From NCBI RefSeq assembly GCF_000092105.1, contig NC_014148.1, forward strand, positions 4,980,001 to 5,012,000: a stretch of DNA of 32,000 nt. Direction: 5' to 3'. This document shows, piece by piece, positions 1 through 9,671 of the stretch. Source of the stretch: Planctopirus limnophila DSM 3776 (lineage in GTDB: Bacteria; Planctomycetota; Planctomycetia; Planctomycetales; Planctomycetaceae). Each line of letters begins with the position of its first letter. Positions within the stretch are counted from its first letter, which is position 1. Position numbers and translations under genes: made by a program. The notes beneath the pieces were generated by a model that saw only the letters and a list, made by a program, of their open reading frames with translations, had not been told where the DNA came from and searched no databases.

Positions 1-157
1 AGAGTTCCCGCATTTCGGTCTGTTCGTCTCGTGAACGATCCAGAAATGCTGCGACCGCATGCGGCAATGCCGGCAATTCGAGAGTGGGAGGCAGAACCGA
101 CAATTGAAAAGGCCCCATCGCCTTTTCGCGAATTGCGCTCCAGTCAATGTTGGACAT
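1..157 (-). CDS. HDOD-domain protein, N-terminal fragment (gene continues past the left window edge)
   Basis: Reading the minus strand from the ATG at 157-155 (GAGAGG about 5 nt upstream) gives MSNIDWSAIREKAMGPFQLSVLPPTLELPALPHAVAAFLDRSRDEQTEMRE. This is colinear with the N-terminus of the neighbouring HDOD protein (VLPPSLKLPVLPTAVIEFNRKADD). The frame is open to the window edge, and the ORF track misses it because it is truncated. An in-frame ATG at 172-170 overlaps the upstream stop codon as ATGA. Confidence 0.5.
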   Translation of the reverse strand, partial: MSNIDWSAIREKAMGPFQLSVLPPTLELPALPHAVAAFLDRSRDEQTEMREL

Positions 158-168
158 GTTGACCTCTC

Positions 169-1119
169 TCATGGACCGGAACTGGCAGTGGTCAGTTGGC
201 CTGGAGGACTCGCTGAGACCAGCAGTTTTTCCAATCGTCTGACCAGTGGGAAAGGGTTTTTCAGCCCCTGGCCTAATTCCTGAAATGACTTTTGGACGTT
301 CTCGGCCATTTCTTGCAGTGATAAGTTCGGGATCATCGCTTCGAGTTCGAGTAACTGCTTCAGTCCATCGGGTGACTGCTTGAGTGGATCGGGGATGAGT
401 GAGGCACAAGCCACAACTGCACAACTGGTGGATTTCATCTGCGGATGTTTGAGGAGTGTCAGCCCGGCATGATGGAGCAGTACCGAGCAGACGAGGTCGT
501 CGGGGAAGTTCCAGGAATGCATCATCTGCCCCATGGCGAGTGCATGATCCCAGCCGAAGGCCTTCCGCTCGAACTGGACCAGTGCGGGCCGGGTGGAATC
601 GGGCAGACTTAAGAAACTCAGATAAGTTTCGAGTAGTTCATTCCCTAAGGCGGGGAGCAGGAAGTCTGTGAGCATCGAAGCGGCAAAAGAAAGTTCGCTA
701 TCGGCACCCGTCCGGCGACTCAATTCGCGTGCAAAGAGTGCCCGCTCCAGATTACCTGCGGCAAAAACCTGAAAGTTGACCAGTTTGGATTGCGAGGCTT
801 TGAGGGCTCTTTCAACGCCAAACGAAATCAGGAGCATTTTGACGTTGCGTATGCCCAGGACAGAAAGTGCCTGCTTGGCACCATTGACTCTGGTGCGTAA
901 ACCCATGGAAGCTGAGTTGGCGTGCTTCAAGAGTTCACACGTCAGTCCGGCATCCGCTTCGACGATTTTCGCGAGCTCGTGAGCTCCCGCATTCGGGTCG
1001 TCGGCCTTGCGATTGAATTCAATCACGGCGGTGGGGAGGACTGGCAGTTTCAGTGATGGCGGCAGAACCACTGGGGGAACTTTCCCAATGAGTGACTGCC
1101 GTAAATCCGTCCAATTCAT
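169..1119 (-). CDS. HDOD-domain signalling protein
   Basis: ORF 169..1131. LPVLPTAVIEFNRK...ELAKIVEADAGLTCELLKHANSASMGL...AKQALSVLGIRNVKMLL follows the HDOD consensus. The track start at 1131 is a TTG. The first ATG is at 1119 (MNWTD...). Confidence 0.75.
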   Translation of the reverse strand: MNWTDLRQSLIGKVPPVVLPPSLKLPVLPTAVIEFNRKADDPNAGAHELAKIVEADAGLTCELLKHANSASMGLRTRVNGAKQALSVLGIRNVKMLLISFGVERALKASQSKLVNFQVFAAGNLERALFARELSRRTGADSELSFAASMLTDFLLPALGNELLETYLSFLSLPDSTRPALVQFERKAFGWDHALAMGQMMHSWNFPDDLVCSVLLHHAGLTLLKHPQMKSTSCAVVACASLIPDPLKQSPDGLKQLLELEAMIPNLSLQEMAENVQKSFQELGQGLKNPFPLVRRLEKLLVSASPPGQLTTASSGP

Positions 1120-1311
1120 AGTGACTATCAACGATCAGGAAAAAGAATCCTTTATGGCCACACTGAATGAATAGCTCGCATTCTGTGTCGAAGCCGTCGC
1201 CAGTTGATGTTTCCGAGAGATTTCTGAGTGATTGACTCTCGGGATGGCGTGTGATGCCGATGGTTTTGAAATTCGGGAAGGACGGATTTCCTGTTGGTCC
1301 ATCACGAGGAA

Positions 1312-3648
1312 TCACGGCTGCCTCACGGGACTGGCCGATATGGTCAAATCTCGATGAGTCGATGATTTCTCCGGCGATGACTGGTCTTGAGGAAAGAAGG
1401 CTTCATTGCGGTTGTAGTCGGCGTAGTAGCCCATTTCCTCGCGGTCGCTGGGTTCGACGCCATTGGCAACCACACCCAGAATCGGGATGTGATGTGCCAG
1501 GAGGAGATCGCGCGAACGCCTGAGCATGGGGCGACGGTTTTTCCCTAAGCGGACAGTGAGCAGATAGCCATCGACGTGTTGGCCGATGATGCAGGCATCG
1601 CTCACTGCGAGGACGGGTGGGGCATCGATCAGCACGATATCGGCCAAAGTTCGAGCCTTGGCAATCAACTGACGCAGCGGCCCACCTTCGAGCAGTTCTG
1701 CCGGGTTATGCGGCGGTCTGCCGGAGGGGAGGATGGTTAAGCCTTCGACAACAGTTTCGACAATGGCATTTTCGAGGGCAATTTCTCCCTGGAGAACGTC
1801 GACAAGTCCCGGATCGGGCCTTAAGCCAAACAGTCGAGTGGCCATCGGGCGTCTGAGATCGGCATCGATGAGCAGGACTCGTTTGCCGGAGCTGGCCAGT
1901 GCGAGTGCCAGATTCGAGACGAGCGTGGTCTTTCCGTCGCCTGGCTCGGGACTGCCGACCTGAATCACTTGCGCGTTCAGAGCTTCGGCAGTGACGAGCA
2001 ACGAAGTGCGGATGGTGCGGTAATTCTCGGCTTCGATGGAGGCGGGCGACCTTAGATATCTGAGTGAAGGATGAACATTCTGTACCGGGTCGAGGCGGCT
2101 TTGCTCGGGATCGAAAGAGGTCACAGCCCCCAGATAGGCTTCGGGGAGCAATTGGCGCACTTCTCGAACCGTACGCACCTGATTGCTCAGGAACTCCTTG
2201 AGGGCAATCAAAGAGATGATCAGGCCCATGCCGGCCACCATGCCTGCTCCAACGATTTTGAGCAGTCGTTTGAGGACCCATTCGTCTTTGATCGGGCCTG
2301 TCTGGCGGAGTGTGTAGCCGCTGGATTCTTTGTCGATGGTGAGTTGACTCATACGATCGACGAGTTGACCCCAGAGACTGCGCAGGCGGTTAAGTTCAGC
2401 CGTCATGGCCTGATCTTCGGCCTGAAAGCGGGCGTATTCTTTGGCTTTGTTGGATTCGAGTTCAAAGAGGACATTGAGTTGCTGTTCGCGGATGTCGAGT
2501 TCTTTGAGCTGCTGTCGCAAAGTCTCCATGTAGTTCTGGACGAGGTTCGCACGTTCTTTAATGAGCGGCTTACCATCGGGGCCGGGCGTCATGTCATCGG
2601 GCATGCGGAGACCATGTTTGCGATAGAAATCGAGCGTGGTATCGATCGATTTGCGAACGGCTTTGACTTCGGGATGATCGGGCCCGAAATCTCGCAGTAA
2701 CTTTTCTTCTTCGAGAATGAGAGGGAGTAAACGATTCTCGAAGGCGGAGATTTCCTGTTGCTGCTGTTGAAGTTCAGCTCCTGAGCCATCGTTGGCAATG
2801 AAGCGGCGGATGAGCATTTCCATCGTGGAGGTGGATTCGCCTTGATCCTGGGCTTTCTGTAACGCCTGCATGCGTGAATTGATTTCTGTCCGTCGCAACA
2901 GATTCAGCCGACGCTGCTCCTCGACAGCGATGACACGTTCCTGATGGACGTTGGTGGCGCCGGATGTGCCATCGGCGGCGATGGCACCGATGGGAGCCCT
3001 CCACTGTAAAGGAGCCGACTCGCGAAACTTGAGATACGCCTCTTCTTTCTCGCGCAGGGATTTCTGGAGAGTATCGTGAGCCTCCTGCGCGGTTTTGAAA
3101 ACTTCTGTGGTTTTCTCACTGCGGGATTCATTGAGATAACTGGCATAGGCATCGATCACGGCTTTGACGACGTGACGGGCATCGTCGGCACTGGCACTTT
3201 GAAAGGTGACATCGAGAACGTTGAGGTAGGAACGATCCTGACCGGCCACACGTTTGACCTTGAGGTCATCGAGCACCATCTGTGTGGGGTCGCTTTCACC
3301 GGCAAACGTTTTGAGCTTGTCGAGCTGACCAAGACGCACGGCTTCGCTGGCAATCATGGGACTCATGATCAAGGCGATATGCTCGCTGCGTTCACCCCAG
3401 TCGCCAATCGCACTTTGTTCTTTGAGCGGGACGGCATTGCGGCGGGAAACCATCACCTGGCCAATGGCCATGTACTCCGGCCCCAATTTGATGTAGGCAG
3501 CGATCCCTAAACCGAGACCCAACACGACACCTGCACACAGCCACCAGCGGTAGCGGAAGACCAGATTCATCCAGTCAATCGAAAGGCCTCCTTCGCCTTC
3601 GGTTTCGAAGGATGATGCCAATTCGGAATCCTGGGGTGTCTGACGCAT
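1312..3648 (-). CDS. Polysaccharide co-polymerase fused to a BY-type tyrosine autokinase (Wzc/EpsG/GumC-like)
   Basis: 778 aa with an ATG start at 3648. It has a Wzz-type N-terminal TM (WWLCAGVVLGLGLGIAAYI), a long coiled-coil region and a second TM (IVGAGMVAGMGLIISLIAL). The C-terminal P-loop domain carries Walker A GSPEPGDGKTT, Walker A' VLLIDADLRRP, Walker B IVLIDAPP and a short C-terminal Tyr cluster GYYADYNRN. Confidence 0.9.
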   Translation of the reverse strand: MRQTPQDSELASSFETEGEGGLSIDWMNLVFRYRWWLCAGVVLGLGLGIAAYIKLGPEYMAIGQVMVSRRNAVPLKEQSAIGDWGERSEHIALIMSPMIASEAVRLGQLDKLKTFAGESDPTQMVLDDLKVKRVAGQDRSYLNVLDVTFQSASADDARHVVKAVIDAYASYLNESRSEKTTEVFKTAQEAHDTLQKSLREKEEAYLKFRESAPLQWRAPIGAIAADGTSGATNVHQERVIAVEEQRRLNLLRRTEINSRMQALQKAQDQGESTSTMEMLIRRFIANDGSGAELQQQQQEISAFENRLLPLILEEEKLLRDFGPDHPEVKAVRKSIDTTLDFYRKHGLRMPDDMTPGPDGKPLIKERANLVQNYMETLRQQLKELDIREQQLNVLFELESNKAKEYARFQAEDQAMTAELNRLRSLWGQLVDRMSQLTIDKESSGYTLRQTGPIKDEWVLKRLLKIVGAGMVAGMGLIISLIALKEFLSNQVRTVREVRQLLPEAYLGAVTSFDPEQSRLDPVQNVHPSLRYLRSPASIEAENYRTIRTSLLVTAEALNAQVIQVGSPEPGDGKTTLVSNLALALASSGKRVLLIDADLRRPMATRLFGLRPDPGLVDVLQGEIALENAIVETVVEGLTILPSGRPPHNPAELLEGGPLRQLIAKARTLADIVLIDAPPVLAVSDACIIGQHVDGYLLTVRLGKNRRPMLRRSRDLLLAHHIPILGVVANGVEPSDREEMGYYADYNRNEAFFPQDQSSPEKSSTHRDLTISASPVRQP

Positions 3649-3757
3649 AATTCATCCTGATATGGATTCGGATTCGTTCCGAGTCGCGTAGTTCTCAAGG
3701 CGGTGTGTCAATGGGCCCTTTATGAAAGGGCACGGCCTTCATCTCGAGCAGGGCACG

Positions 3758-4933
3758 TCAATCGAAGGGTAGAAGTTCGAGTTCACAGGCCACGAGACGA
3801 TGATCGGAACCATTGCGATCGCCCGTCACGAATTGATGGAATTTCCATTCGGGGGTGACGCGGATGTGGTCAATTCGCGACCAGGGCCAGGTTCCCGGCC
3901 AGAAGCTGATGGGTCGGCAGGGGGCGGTATGGGAAGGCCCGATCGCAGCAGTTTCGAAACCACCGGTGAGATCTCCCCAGGCTTCCTGAAAGACGTGGCT
4001 GCTTGCGGGAGTGTTGAAATCACCCACGACGATGAGAGGGAGTCCATTGCGAGCATTTTCGATGAAGTGGCGGAGTTGCTGCATTTCTTCGGAGCGCATG
4101 AGTGTCAGCGCTGCCAGTTCGGCAGGGCCATCGCCGCGAAGAATTGAGCCGGGGGTGAGTTCACGAAGGCCGGGTCTGGCGGTCATCAGGTGAATGTTGG
4201 CCAGTGCAAAGGGATGCTCAGGATGAGCGACTTTGACGACGAGCCCCGAAGAGCGTTCGAATGGCGAATCGTCGCAATGGCCAAGGACTTCGAGAGGCCA
4301 TTTGGAAGCGACGAAGAAGTACTCGACCTGCACCTTGTGCCAGTCGGCAAAGTAGTCTTCGCATAAGGGATTGATGGAGCGAGATTCCTGGAATGCGACG
4401 ACATCGGGTGGTAATTCTTCGAGGTCTCGCAGGACATCTCCGAAGGCGGGTTGATAATCCTGAACGTTGCAGGAAGCGATACGGAGTCGGCCCGTCATCG
4501 GCTCGGGTGCAGGATCGTTATCATCGTCGAACGTTTCTTCGATGAAACGACTGGCATGTTCTGGTTCCATTAGAGGAGCGAGTGACCAGTCGACTACTCC
4601 CAGAATGACCCACAGCCCCGCAAACAGATGAAACAAGAGTGAGGGACGATGCCAGAGCAGGCTGACCAGTGCCAGCAACCCTGTGGAAACGAGCAGCAAT
4701 TCTCGCGGCGCGTAGGTGGCGACAGAACCTAACCACCAGCGTTCGGAGACACTCCAGACGAGCCAGCTGGTGAACATGACCATGGCCAGATTGGCCATCG
4801 CCAGCAGGGCCACAATCCGTGTGCCCCAGGTGGGCGAAGCTCGGTGGCTTTGTCGAGAGACACGACCGCCCAGGGCGCCTGGAGATGTCGGGCGACCCGT
4901 GCGTGCAGCAGATTCATGCAATGACTGGCTCAC
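3758..4933 (-). CDS. Membrane-anchored endonuclease/exonuclease/phosphatase (EEP) family protein
   Basis: 391 aa. About three N-terminal hydrophobic helices (IVALLAMANLAMVMFTSWLVWSV, LLLVSTGLLALVSLLW, LFHLFAGLWVILGVV) precede the ordered EEP motifs IASCNVQ, VVAFQES, NIHLM, VVGDFNT, IDHI and GSDHRLV. The start codon at 4933 is GTG, so the 5' end is uncertain. Confidence 0.75.
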   Translation of the reverse strand: MSQSLHESAARTGRPTSPGALGGRVSRQSHRASPTWGTRIVALLAMANLAMVMFTSWLVWSVSERWWLGSVATYAPRELLLVSTGLLALVSLLWHRPSLLFHLFAGLWVILGVVDWSLAPLMEPEHASRFIEETFDDDNDPAPEPMTGRLRIASCNVQDYQPAFGDVLRDLEELPPDVVAFQESRSINPLCEDYFADWHKVQVEYFFVASKWPLEVLGHCDDSPFERSSGLVVKVAHPEHPFALANIHLMTARPGLRELTPGSILRGDGPAELAALTLMRSEEMQQLRHFIENARNGLPLIVVGDFNTPASSHVFQEAWGDLTGGFETAAIGPSHTAPCRPISFWPGTWPWSRIDHIRVTPEWKFHQFVTGDRNGSDHRLVACELELLPFD

Positions 4934-5264
4934 TCGCAGTGACCACTAGCGGAGGATGAATTCCCCGTCCATGGGAACTGGCACCGGCTCATGCCGGGAT
5001 TTTTTTGGGGCCGGGTTGATGGCCCCCCTGTTATCTTGAGATTCGTGATTCTTCGGTTGGTTCGGATCGACGGTGATGGGACTGCACTGAAACTGCCTGC
5101 GATCGGCAGGGATTGCAGAACTTCGACCCGAACGAACCTTGGCTTCAATATCTTTGGCAATGTTTCACTGGATGTACCTTCGTCAGCCTCCGGTGGGATC
5201 GCAATAACTGCTGAATCCGTTGTTATCGCTCAGCTTTCGCAATCTTGCCCAGATGGAAAATGAT

Positions 5265-6578
5265 TCAGGAACAACTCGCACTCAGTTGCAACGCCGCTTC
5301 CCTGATGAATTCTGAGGGTGATGGAGAGGTGGCTGGTTGTTGATCACTGCCTGATGATTGATCACTGGCCAGAGAAGCTGGGATAGGCCATGGCCCACCG
5401 CGAGCGATTTGACGCATGAGGTGAATCTGTTCGTTGGTTGAGAACTGTGGAAACTTTTGAGCCAGACGAACCAGAAGTGCCATTTCCCAGGCGGTGACGT
5501 AGTGCAATCGGTACTGGGGCTGCTGGGCACAGAAACGGGCCAGATCGCGATGAAAGTTCACCACCTGATCACCAAGCCACATCTGCTGGTTGACGGGTTT
5601 GCAGCCGTGTGTGTGCAGCTTGATGAATCGCCAGTTTGGCTTTCCGTGGATGGTGACAGCGGCCTTGAGCCACTGTGGCAACCTGCGGCGAGCCGGGGGA
5701 TGGCTGGCGAGAAGATCGCCATTTTCTACCTTGGGAATGAGCCCCCATTTGGCACGAGAAAAATCGGGCACGAGTGGCCCCTGGATCATGAGGAGGCTTG
5801 CGGGTGGCGGTGCGTGACCTGCCTGAGCCGGAGTGCCCGTATTGTGTGAATTCTTCCCTGGTCGATCGACTGCATGATAGATGCTGTTGATGGTTGTGGT
5901 TTGTGTATCGCTGGGGGCACTGGGCATGGTGAAGTCGGCATAGCAGCCGGTTTTGAGCAGGATGGGCGTTTCGTGATCGACGCCGCACCACTGGCCGTCT
6001 CGCCGGCTGTTGTTCAGGCACCAGTTGCCATGGATGAAGCCATAGACGACTTGGCCTGTCTCGGGATCTGTGCGGAGGAGCCCATGTCGATCGAAGAGTG
6101 TATCTCGGAAGGTGGAGAGCTTTTCGCGCAGTCCCGATTCTGTGTCGTGATGATGATGCAGGTGGATATCGACATCCCCAAACCCCTGGCGGCATAGTGG
6201 GGCCAGAGCATCGAGGTATTCGGGGCGATACTCATCCTGCGGAAAGAAAAATGTGTGCTGCGGGGCCACTCCATCGGCATCGGAAAACTGACTGAAGAGC
6301 CGGGGATAGTTTTCGACCCAGGCGTTGACGCGAGCTAAGGCGTCGGCTGGCTGCGGGCGGCCCCACTGTGGTTCGTAATGATCGCAGACTGCCAGAAACA
6401 GATCGATGGGTTCGCTCTCGTTGATCGCTGCCGGGCGTGGACTTTTCAGATAGGCAGGGAGCCAGTTGGTCAGGCCGATTTTTTGCGCATGACGATAAGC
6501 AGCCACCATGCCTGCCGAAGTGAGAGCGGCCGTCGCAGAGAGTGCGATTCCTGCAGAGGTGAAGGTGTCCAGTGGCAT
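5265..6578 (-). CDS. Membrane-anchored hypothetical protein, possibly a divergent polysaccharide deacetylase/metal-dependent hydrolase
   Basis: 437 aa with an ATG at 6578 and an N-terminal TM ([20 protein letters not shown]). Candidate metal-binding motifs are [18 protein letters not shown] and [11 protein letters not shown]. It lies next to a GT2 in an EPS locus. Coding is well supported by length and composition. The functional call is a weak recollection of deacetylase-like proteins, not a motif-exact match. Confidence 0.55.
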   Translation of the reverse strand: MPLDTFTSAGIALSATAALTSAGMVAAYRHAQKIGLTNWLPAYLKSPRPAAINESEPIDLFLAVCDHYEPQWGRPQPADALARVNAWVENYPRLFSQFSDADGVAPQHTFFFPQDEYRPEYLDALAPLCRQGFGDVDIHLHHHHDTESGLREKLSTFRDTLFDRHGLLRTDPETGQVVYGFIHGNWCLNNSRRDGQWCGVDHETPILLKTGCYADFTMPSAPSDTQTTTINSIYHAVDRPGKNSHNTGTPAQAGHAPPPASLLMIQGPLVPDFSRAKWGLIPKVENGDLLASHPPARRRLPQWLKAAVTIHGKPNWRFIKLHTHGCKPVNQQMWLGDQVVNFHRDLARFCAQQPQYRLHYVTAWEMALLVRLAQKFPQFSTNEQIHLMRQIARGGPWPIPASLASDQSSGSDQQPATSPSPSEFIREAALQLSASCS

Positions 6579-6866
6579 AAGATCGAGCTCGGTCGTTGAG
6601 GAGTCAGCGGGTTGGATGTGTGGCTGGGGTCAAACGTCCTCGTTTGCCCCCAGATGATTTTGAATCTGATCGTGAATGGTAGTTGACCTGGGGGCGGATG
6701 AAGACATCCGACCCCAGCCACCCGGTCATTCGATAAATGCGCGGCAGTTCAACCTGTTTTCGAAACAAGTCGTCATCGGATCTATAGCTCGAAATCAAGT
6801 GGCAGGTGGCCGGCCATTGGCGTTAAGACCCGAGAATTGGCAACAAAGGTTTGAAATCGCCTGAAC

Positions 6867-8048
6867 TTAACCGGCACGCTTCCATGTCACTTGATATCGA
6901 TTCCAGAGGGCATCCCACTCGGCGAGTAAGGTGGTCCAGTTGAGTGTGGCGAACATTAAGAATGGGGCGCAGTAGCGAAGCTGTCCGCCTGTGGATTGCA
7001 CAATGGCTCCTGCGATTGCCAGAAACCAGGCGAGAGCTTGTGCACCGAGGAGCCAGGGATACACAGGTGAAATGGGCAAAAGCAGGAGATTTGTCACCAG
7101 TGCTGATAGTAACAGCCAGGGGCTGGCCAGCCTGAGGAGTTTATGGGAGACAAACTCGAACCAGAGTGGGTTTTTCCAGGGGAGGATCAACGCAGGTTTC
7201 AAGAGGACCAGTTGCACGACGCCCGCAATGGTTCGCCGCTTACGGGTGGATTCGTGCTGGGTGGTTTTGGCGGGTGTATCCCAGATGGTGGCGTGGGCTT
7301 CGAAAACACATTTTCCACCCTGCATGACAGCCTGCATGGGGATTAACACATCATCGAGAATCGTTTGAGCAGGGATGGGCTGGAAAGCACTTTTTCGTAA
7401 GGCGTAGCAGGCTCCTGTCGCGCCTGGCACACCGCGGAAGCGACTTTCCTGTTTGCGGATGAACTTCTCGTACTTCCAATAGAAGCCAACCCCTTCGCTG
7501 GCTGTGGTTTCGTGGGCTGAAGTGAGGAATTTGAGTTCGCCGGAAACGACAGTGATGTGCGGGTCGTCAAAGCGCTGGAGAAGTTTCTCGATGGTATCGG
7601 GTTCGAAGGTTTGGCGCGCATCGACGAAGAGCAGAATTTCGCCCGTGGCGAGTGCCGCCAGATCGTTGAGGACGGAGGGTTTACCGCGTCTGTTCGGGAA
7701 CGACACAACCTTCAGAACTGGATGCTCGATCTGGCGGAGAGCTGCGAGCGTTTCTTCATCGGCTCCATCGAGACCGACGAGGATCTGCTGGATCTGGTGA
7801 GCAGCACTCGAGGTGAGCAGATTCTCGATCTTTCGGGGTAAAGTGAGTGGTTCGTGATGAGCGGACAGCAGCACGCTGATGGTTCGAGGATTGGCAGGTG
7901 GAGCCGGTTGATCCTGCAAAGCGGGTGGTTGCCAGGTGAAGCGTGCGAGGAAAGCTATGACGAGGGGATACCCGACGTAGATGTATCCCAGGAGGAGAAT
8001 CGACAGCCAGAAGAGTGCCATCAGCAATAACGGGAGACTGACGGTCAT
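6867..8048 (-). CDS. Family 2 glycosyltransferase, integral-membrane (synthase-like architecture)
   Basis: It has an N-terminal TM (VSLPLLLMALFWLSILLLGYIYVGYPLVIAFLA). The GT-A core shows ISVLLSAHHE, DGADEETL, LFVDARQ, GATGACYALRK and RKRRTIAG, and several C-terminal TM helices follow. I chose the ATG at 8048 because it overlaps the upstream stop as ATGA (8045-8048) and begins exactly at the TM. The 60-codon extension to 8228 in the track overlaps the upstream gene. Confidence 0.85.
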   Translation of the reverse strand: MTVSLPLLLMALFWLSILLLGYIYVGYPLVIAFLARFTWQPPALQDQPAPPANPRTISVLLSAHHEPLTLPRKIENLLTSSAAHQIQQILVGLDGADEETLAALRQIEHPVLKVVSFPNRRGKPSVLNDLAALATGEILLFVDARQTFEPDTIEKLLQRFDDPHITVVSGELKFLTSAHETTASEGVGFYWKYEKFIRKQESRFRGVPGATGACYALRKSAFQPIPAQTILDDVLIPMQAVMQGGKCVFEAHATIWDTPAKTTQHESTRKRRTIAGVVQLVLLKPALILPWKNPLWFEFVSHKLLRLASPWLLLSALVTNLLLLPISPVYPWLLGAQALAWFLAIAGAIVQSTGGQLRYCAPFLMFATLNWTTLLAEWDALWNRYQVTWKRAG

Positions 8049-9592
8049 ACGGCACCTCGTGCTCTCTGCAAGCCTTGCGATCCCTGCAGGACGCAGACAT
8101 CCGACAGCAGTTTTGCCAGTTGAGCGGTTTGACGAGACCGGCTGTAAGCCAGCAGTTCTTCTTCGGGGAAGCTGGATGCCGCTGATGATGATGAGGTGGT
8201 TTTCAAACGCACCTGTTCGATGAGCCAATTGGCGATGGCCTGTGGATCGCCGGGAGGAAAATGGCTCCGGGCGTGGAAAGTTTGCACGATCTCAGCGGTT
8301 TCGCCTGGGGGGACGACTGCCAGAATCTGTTTGCGCGTGGCGAGATATTCAAAGAGTTTGGCGGGCACGACACGTTCAGCACCGGGCACATCGCTGAGTA
8401 ATAACAGGAGGCTGTCGGCTTGTGACTGATAACCAAGAACTTCGGCATGCGGGCAGTAATCACGCGAAATGATCTGGCATGGCAAGCCAGCCAAGCGTGT
8501 CAGGAGCTGGGATTGTTCGGGTGTTTTGCGGCCAATGACAGTCAGTTCGATGTTTGATGCGAGTTCGGGCGATTGGCTGCACACCAGCTCGAGAGCCCGG
8601 ACGACGGGTTGGATATCGGTCAGATTCCATAATGTGCCGGTATAGACGAGTCGGTATCGATCTGCGGATGCCGGGGGAAGAGCGGGTGGACGGTCCGTCG
8701 TTGACGAAGAAGCTTCGTATGTGGAAGCGGATTCAAAATCGGTGGTATCAAAACCGTTGTAGATGGTTTCGACAGGTGTCTGGAGACCCAGGGATTGCAA
8801 CTGGCCGCGCAGGGCTGCACTGCTGGCGTTCGTGGTGGCAATGACGGCACTGGCACTTTTGAGAACGGCCTGCTGCATCCGCTGCTGTGTGAAGCGGGCA
8901 TACCAGCCGCCAGGTGAGTTTTCGAGGTACTTGCTGCTGAGATCCCATTCGTCGCGGTAATCGAGAATGAGGGGCAGGTGATACTTTTTGGCGAGCCTCT
9001 GGCCTAAGAGAAAACTGGAGTAAGGGGGGGCTGTGACGAGCAACGCATCGTGAGGAGTTTCTTCCAGTGCCTGGCAAGCGACTTTCCAGGCTCCGGGTAA
9101 CCAGAGGCGCTGAGCATCGGGTTGCAGGAGAGTGGTCGCGCATTGTTTCGCGCAGCGTTTGGCAAAGCTCAAAAGCCTGCCGACCATGCGTTGGAAGATG
9201 CCAGGCTTATGGCTGGTGGGCTGAGATTGAGATGCTGTGGCGTTCGTCGCTGGACTGGTGGAGCCAATCATTGCCTGTTTGAGGCGATAGCCGGGTTCGA
9301 GCGTGCGGGCCTTGATGATCGGCACTGAAGCGGGAATCTCCTGGAGCAGACTTTCATCCAGGAGTGGTACCGATGGGTTTTCGACTGTGAGAACGGTGAC
9401 ATCCCAGCCGAACTGCTGCAGGTACTTCACCCATTTGGCAGGTCGTTGAACACCGGCGCCGCCGACGGGTGGAAAGCTGTAAGCCACCAGTAAAACTCGT
9501 TTGCGAGCTGGTGGTTCTATAGGTCGTGGCGGAGGGGCTGAAAAACGAAACGAAGGGGCAGGTTCAGCAATCGCTTGCAGCCAGGGGGGCAT
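8045..9592 (-). CDS. GT4-type (GT-B fold) glycosyltransferase
   Basis: KRVLLVAYSFPPVGGAGVQRPAKWVKYLQQFGWDVTVLT is a typical GT4 N-terminus. The C-terminal half has VPAKLFEYLATRKQILAVVPPGE. Ser/Thr/Ala-rich linkers are inserted. The track start at 9613 is GTG, and the first ATG is at 9592 (MPPWLQ...). Confidence 0.8.
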   Translation of the reverse strand: MPPWLQAIAEPAPSFRFSAPPPRPIEPPARKRVLLVAYSFPPVGGAGVQRPAKWVKYLQQFGWDVTVLTVENPSVPLLDESLLQEIPASVPIIKARTLEPGYRLKQAMIGSTSPATNATASQSQPTSHKPGIFQRMVGRLLSFAKRCAKQCATTLLQPDAQRLWLPGAWKVACQALEETPHDALLVTAPPYSSFLLGQRLAKKYHLPLILDYRDEWDLSSKYLENSPGGWYARFTQQRMQQAVLKSASAVIATTNASSAALRGQLQSLGLQTPVETIYNGFDTTDFESASTYEASSSTTDRPPALPPASADRYRLVYTGTLWNLTDIQPVVRALELVCSQSPELASNIELTVIGRKTPEQSQLLTRLAGLPCQIISRDYCPHAEVLGYQSQADSLLLLLSDVPGAERVVPAKLFEYLATRKQILAVVPPGETAEIVQTFHARSHFPPGDPQAIANWLIEQVRLKTTSSSSAASSFPEEELLAYSRSRQTAQLAKLLSDVCVLQGSQGLQRARGAV

Positions 9593-9671
9593 AGGACGTT
9601 TGGCAGTGATCACAGTTATCTCTCCCCGGCACGCGGGAAATTTTCTCTAGAACAAATCTCTTCAGGGGGCG

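Noticed and set aside
4984-5006. Hairpin ccggc-tcat-gccgg followed by T7 on the plus strand in the spacer between two minus-strand island genes
   Set aside because: The stem is only 5 bp. No plus-strand gene or convincing transcript source lies upstream. On the minus strand it reads as an A-run before the hairpin, so it is not a terminator for the island genes. It could be an antisense stop signal, but the evidence is too thin.
8049-8228. N-terminal extensions proposed by the ORF track (GT2 to 8228, GNAT to 17667, pepA from 19046, WYL to 28501, HAD to 31223, HDOD to 1131)
   Set aside because: Most of the track's starts are TTG or GTG codons, and the extensions overlap the preceding gene or lack family-like sequence. 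Internal ATGs coincide with TM or domain starts or with ATGA coupling, so I used the shorter models. The starts remain uncertain.
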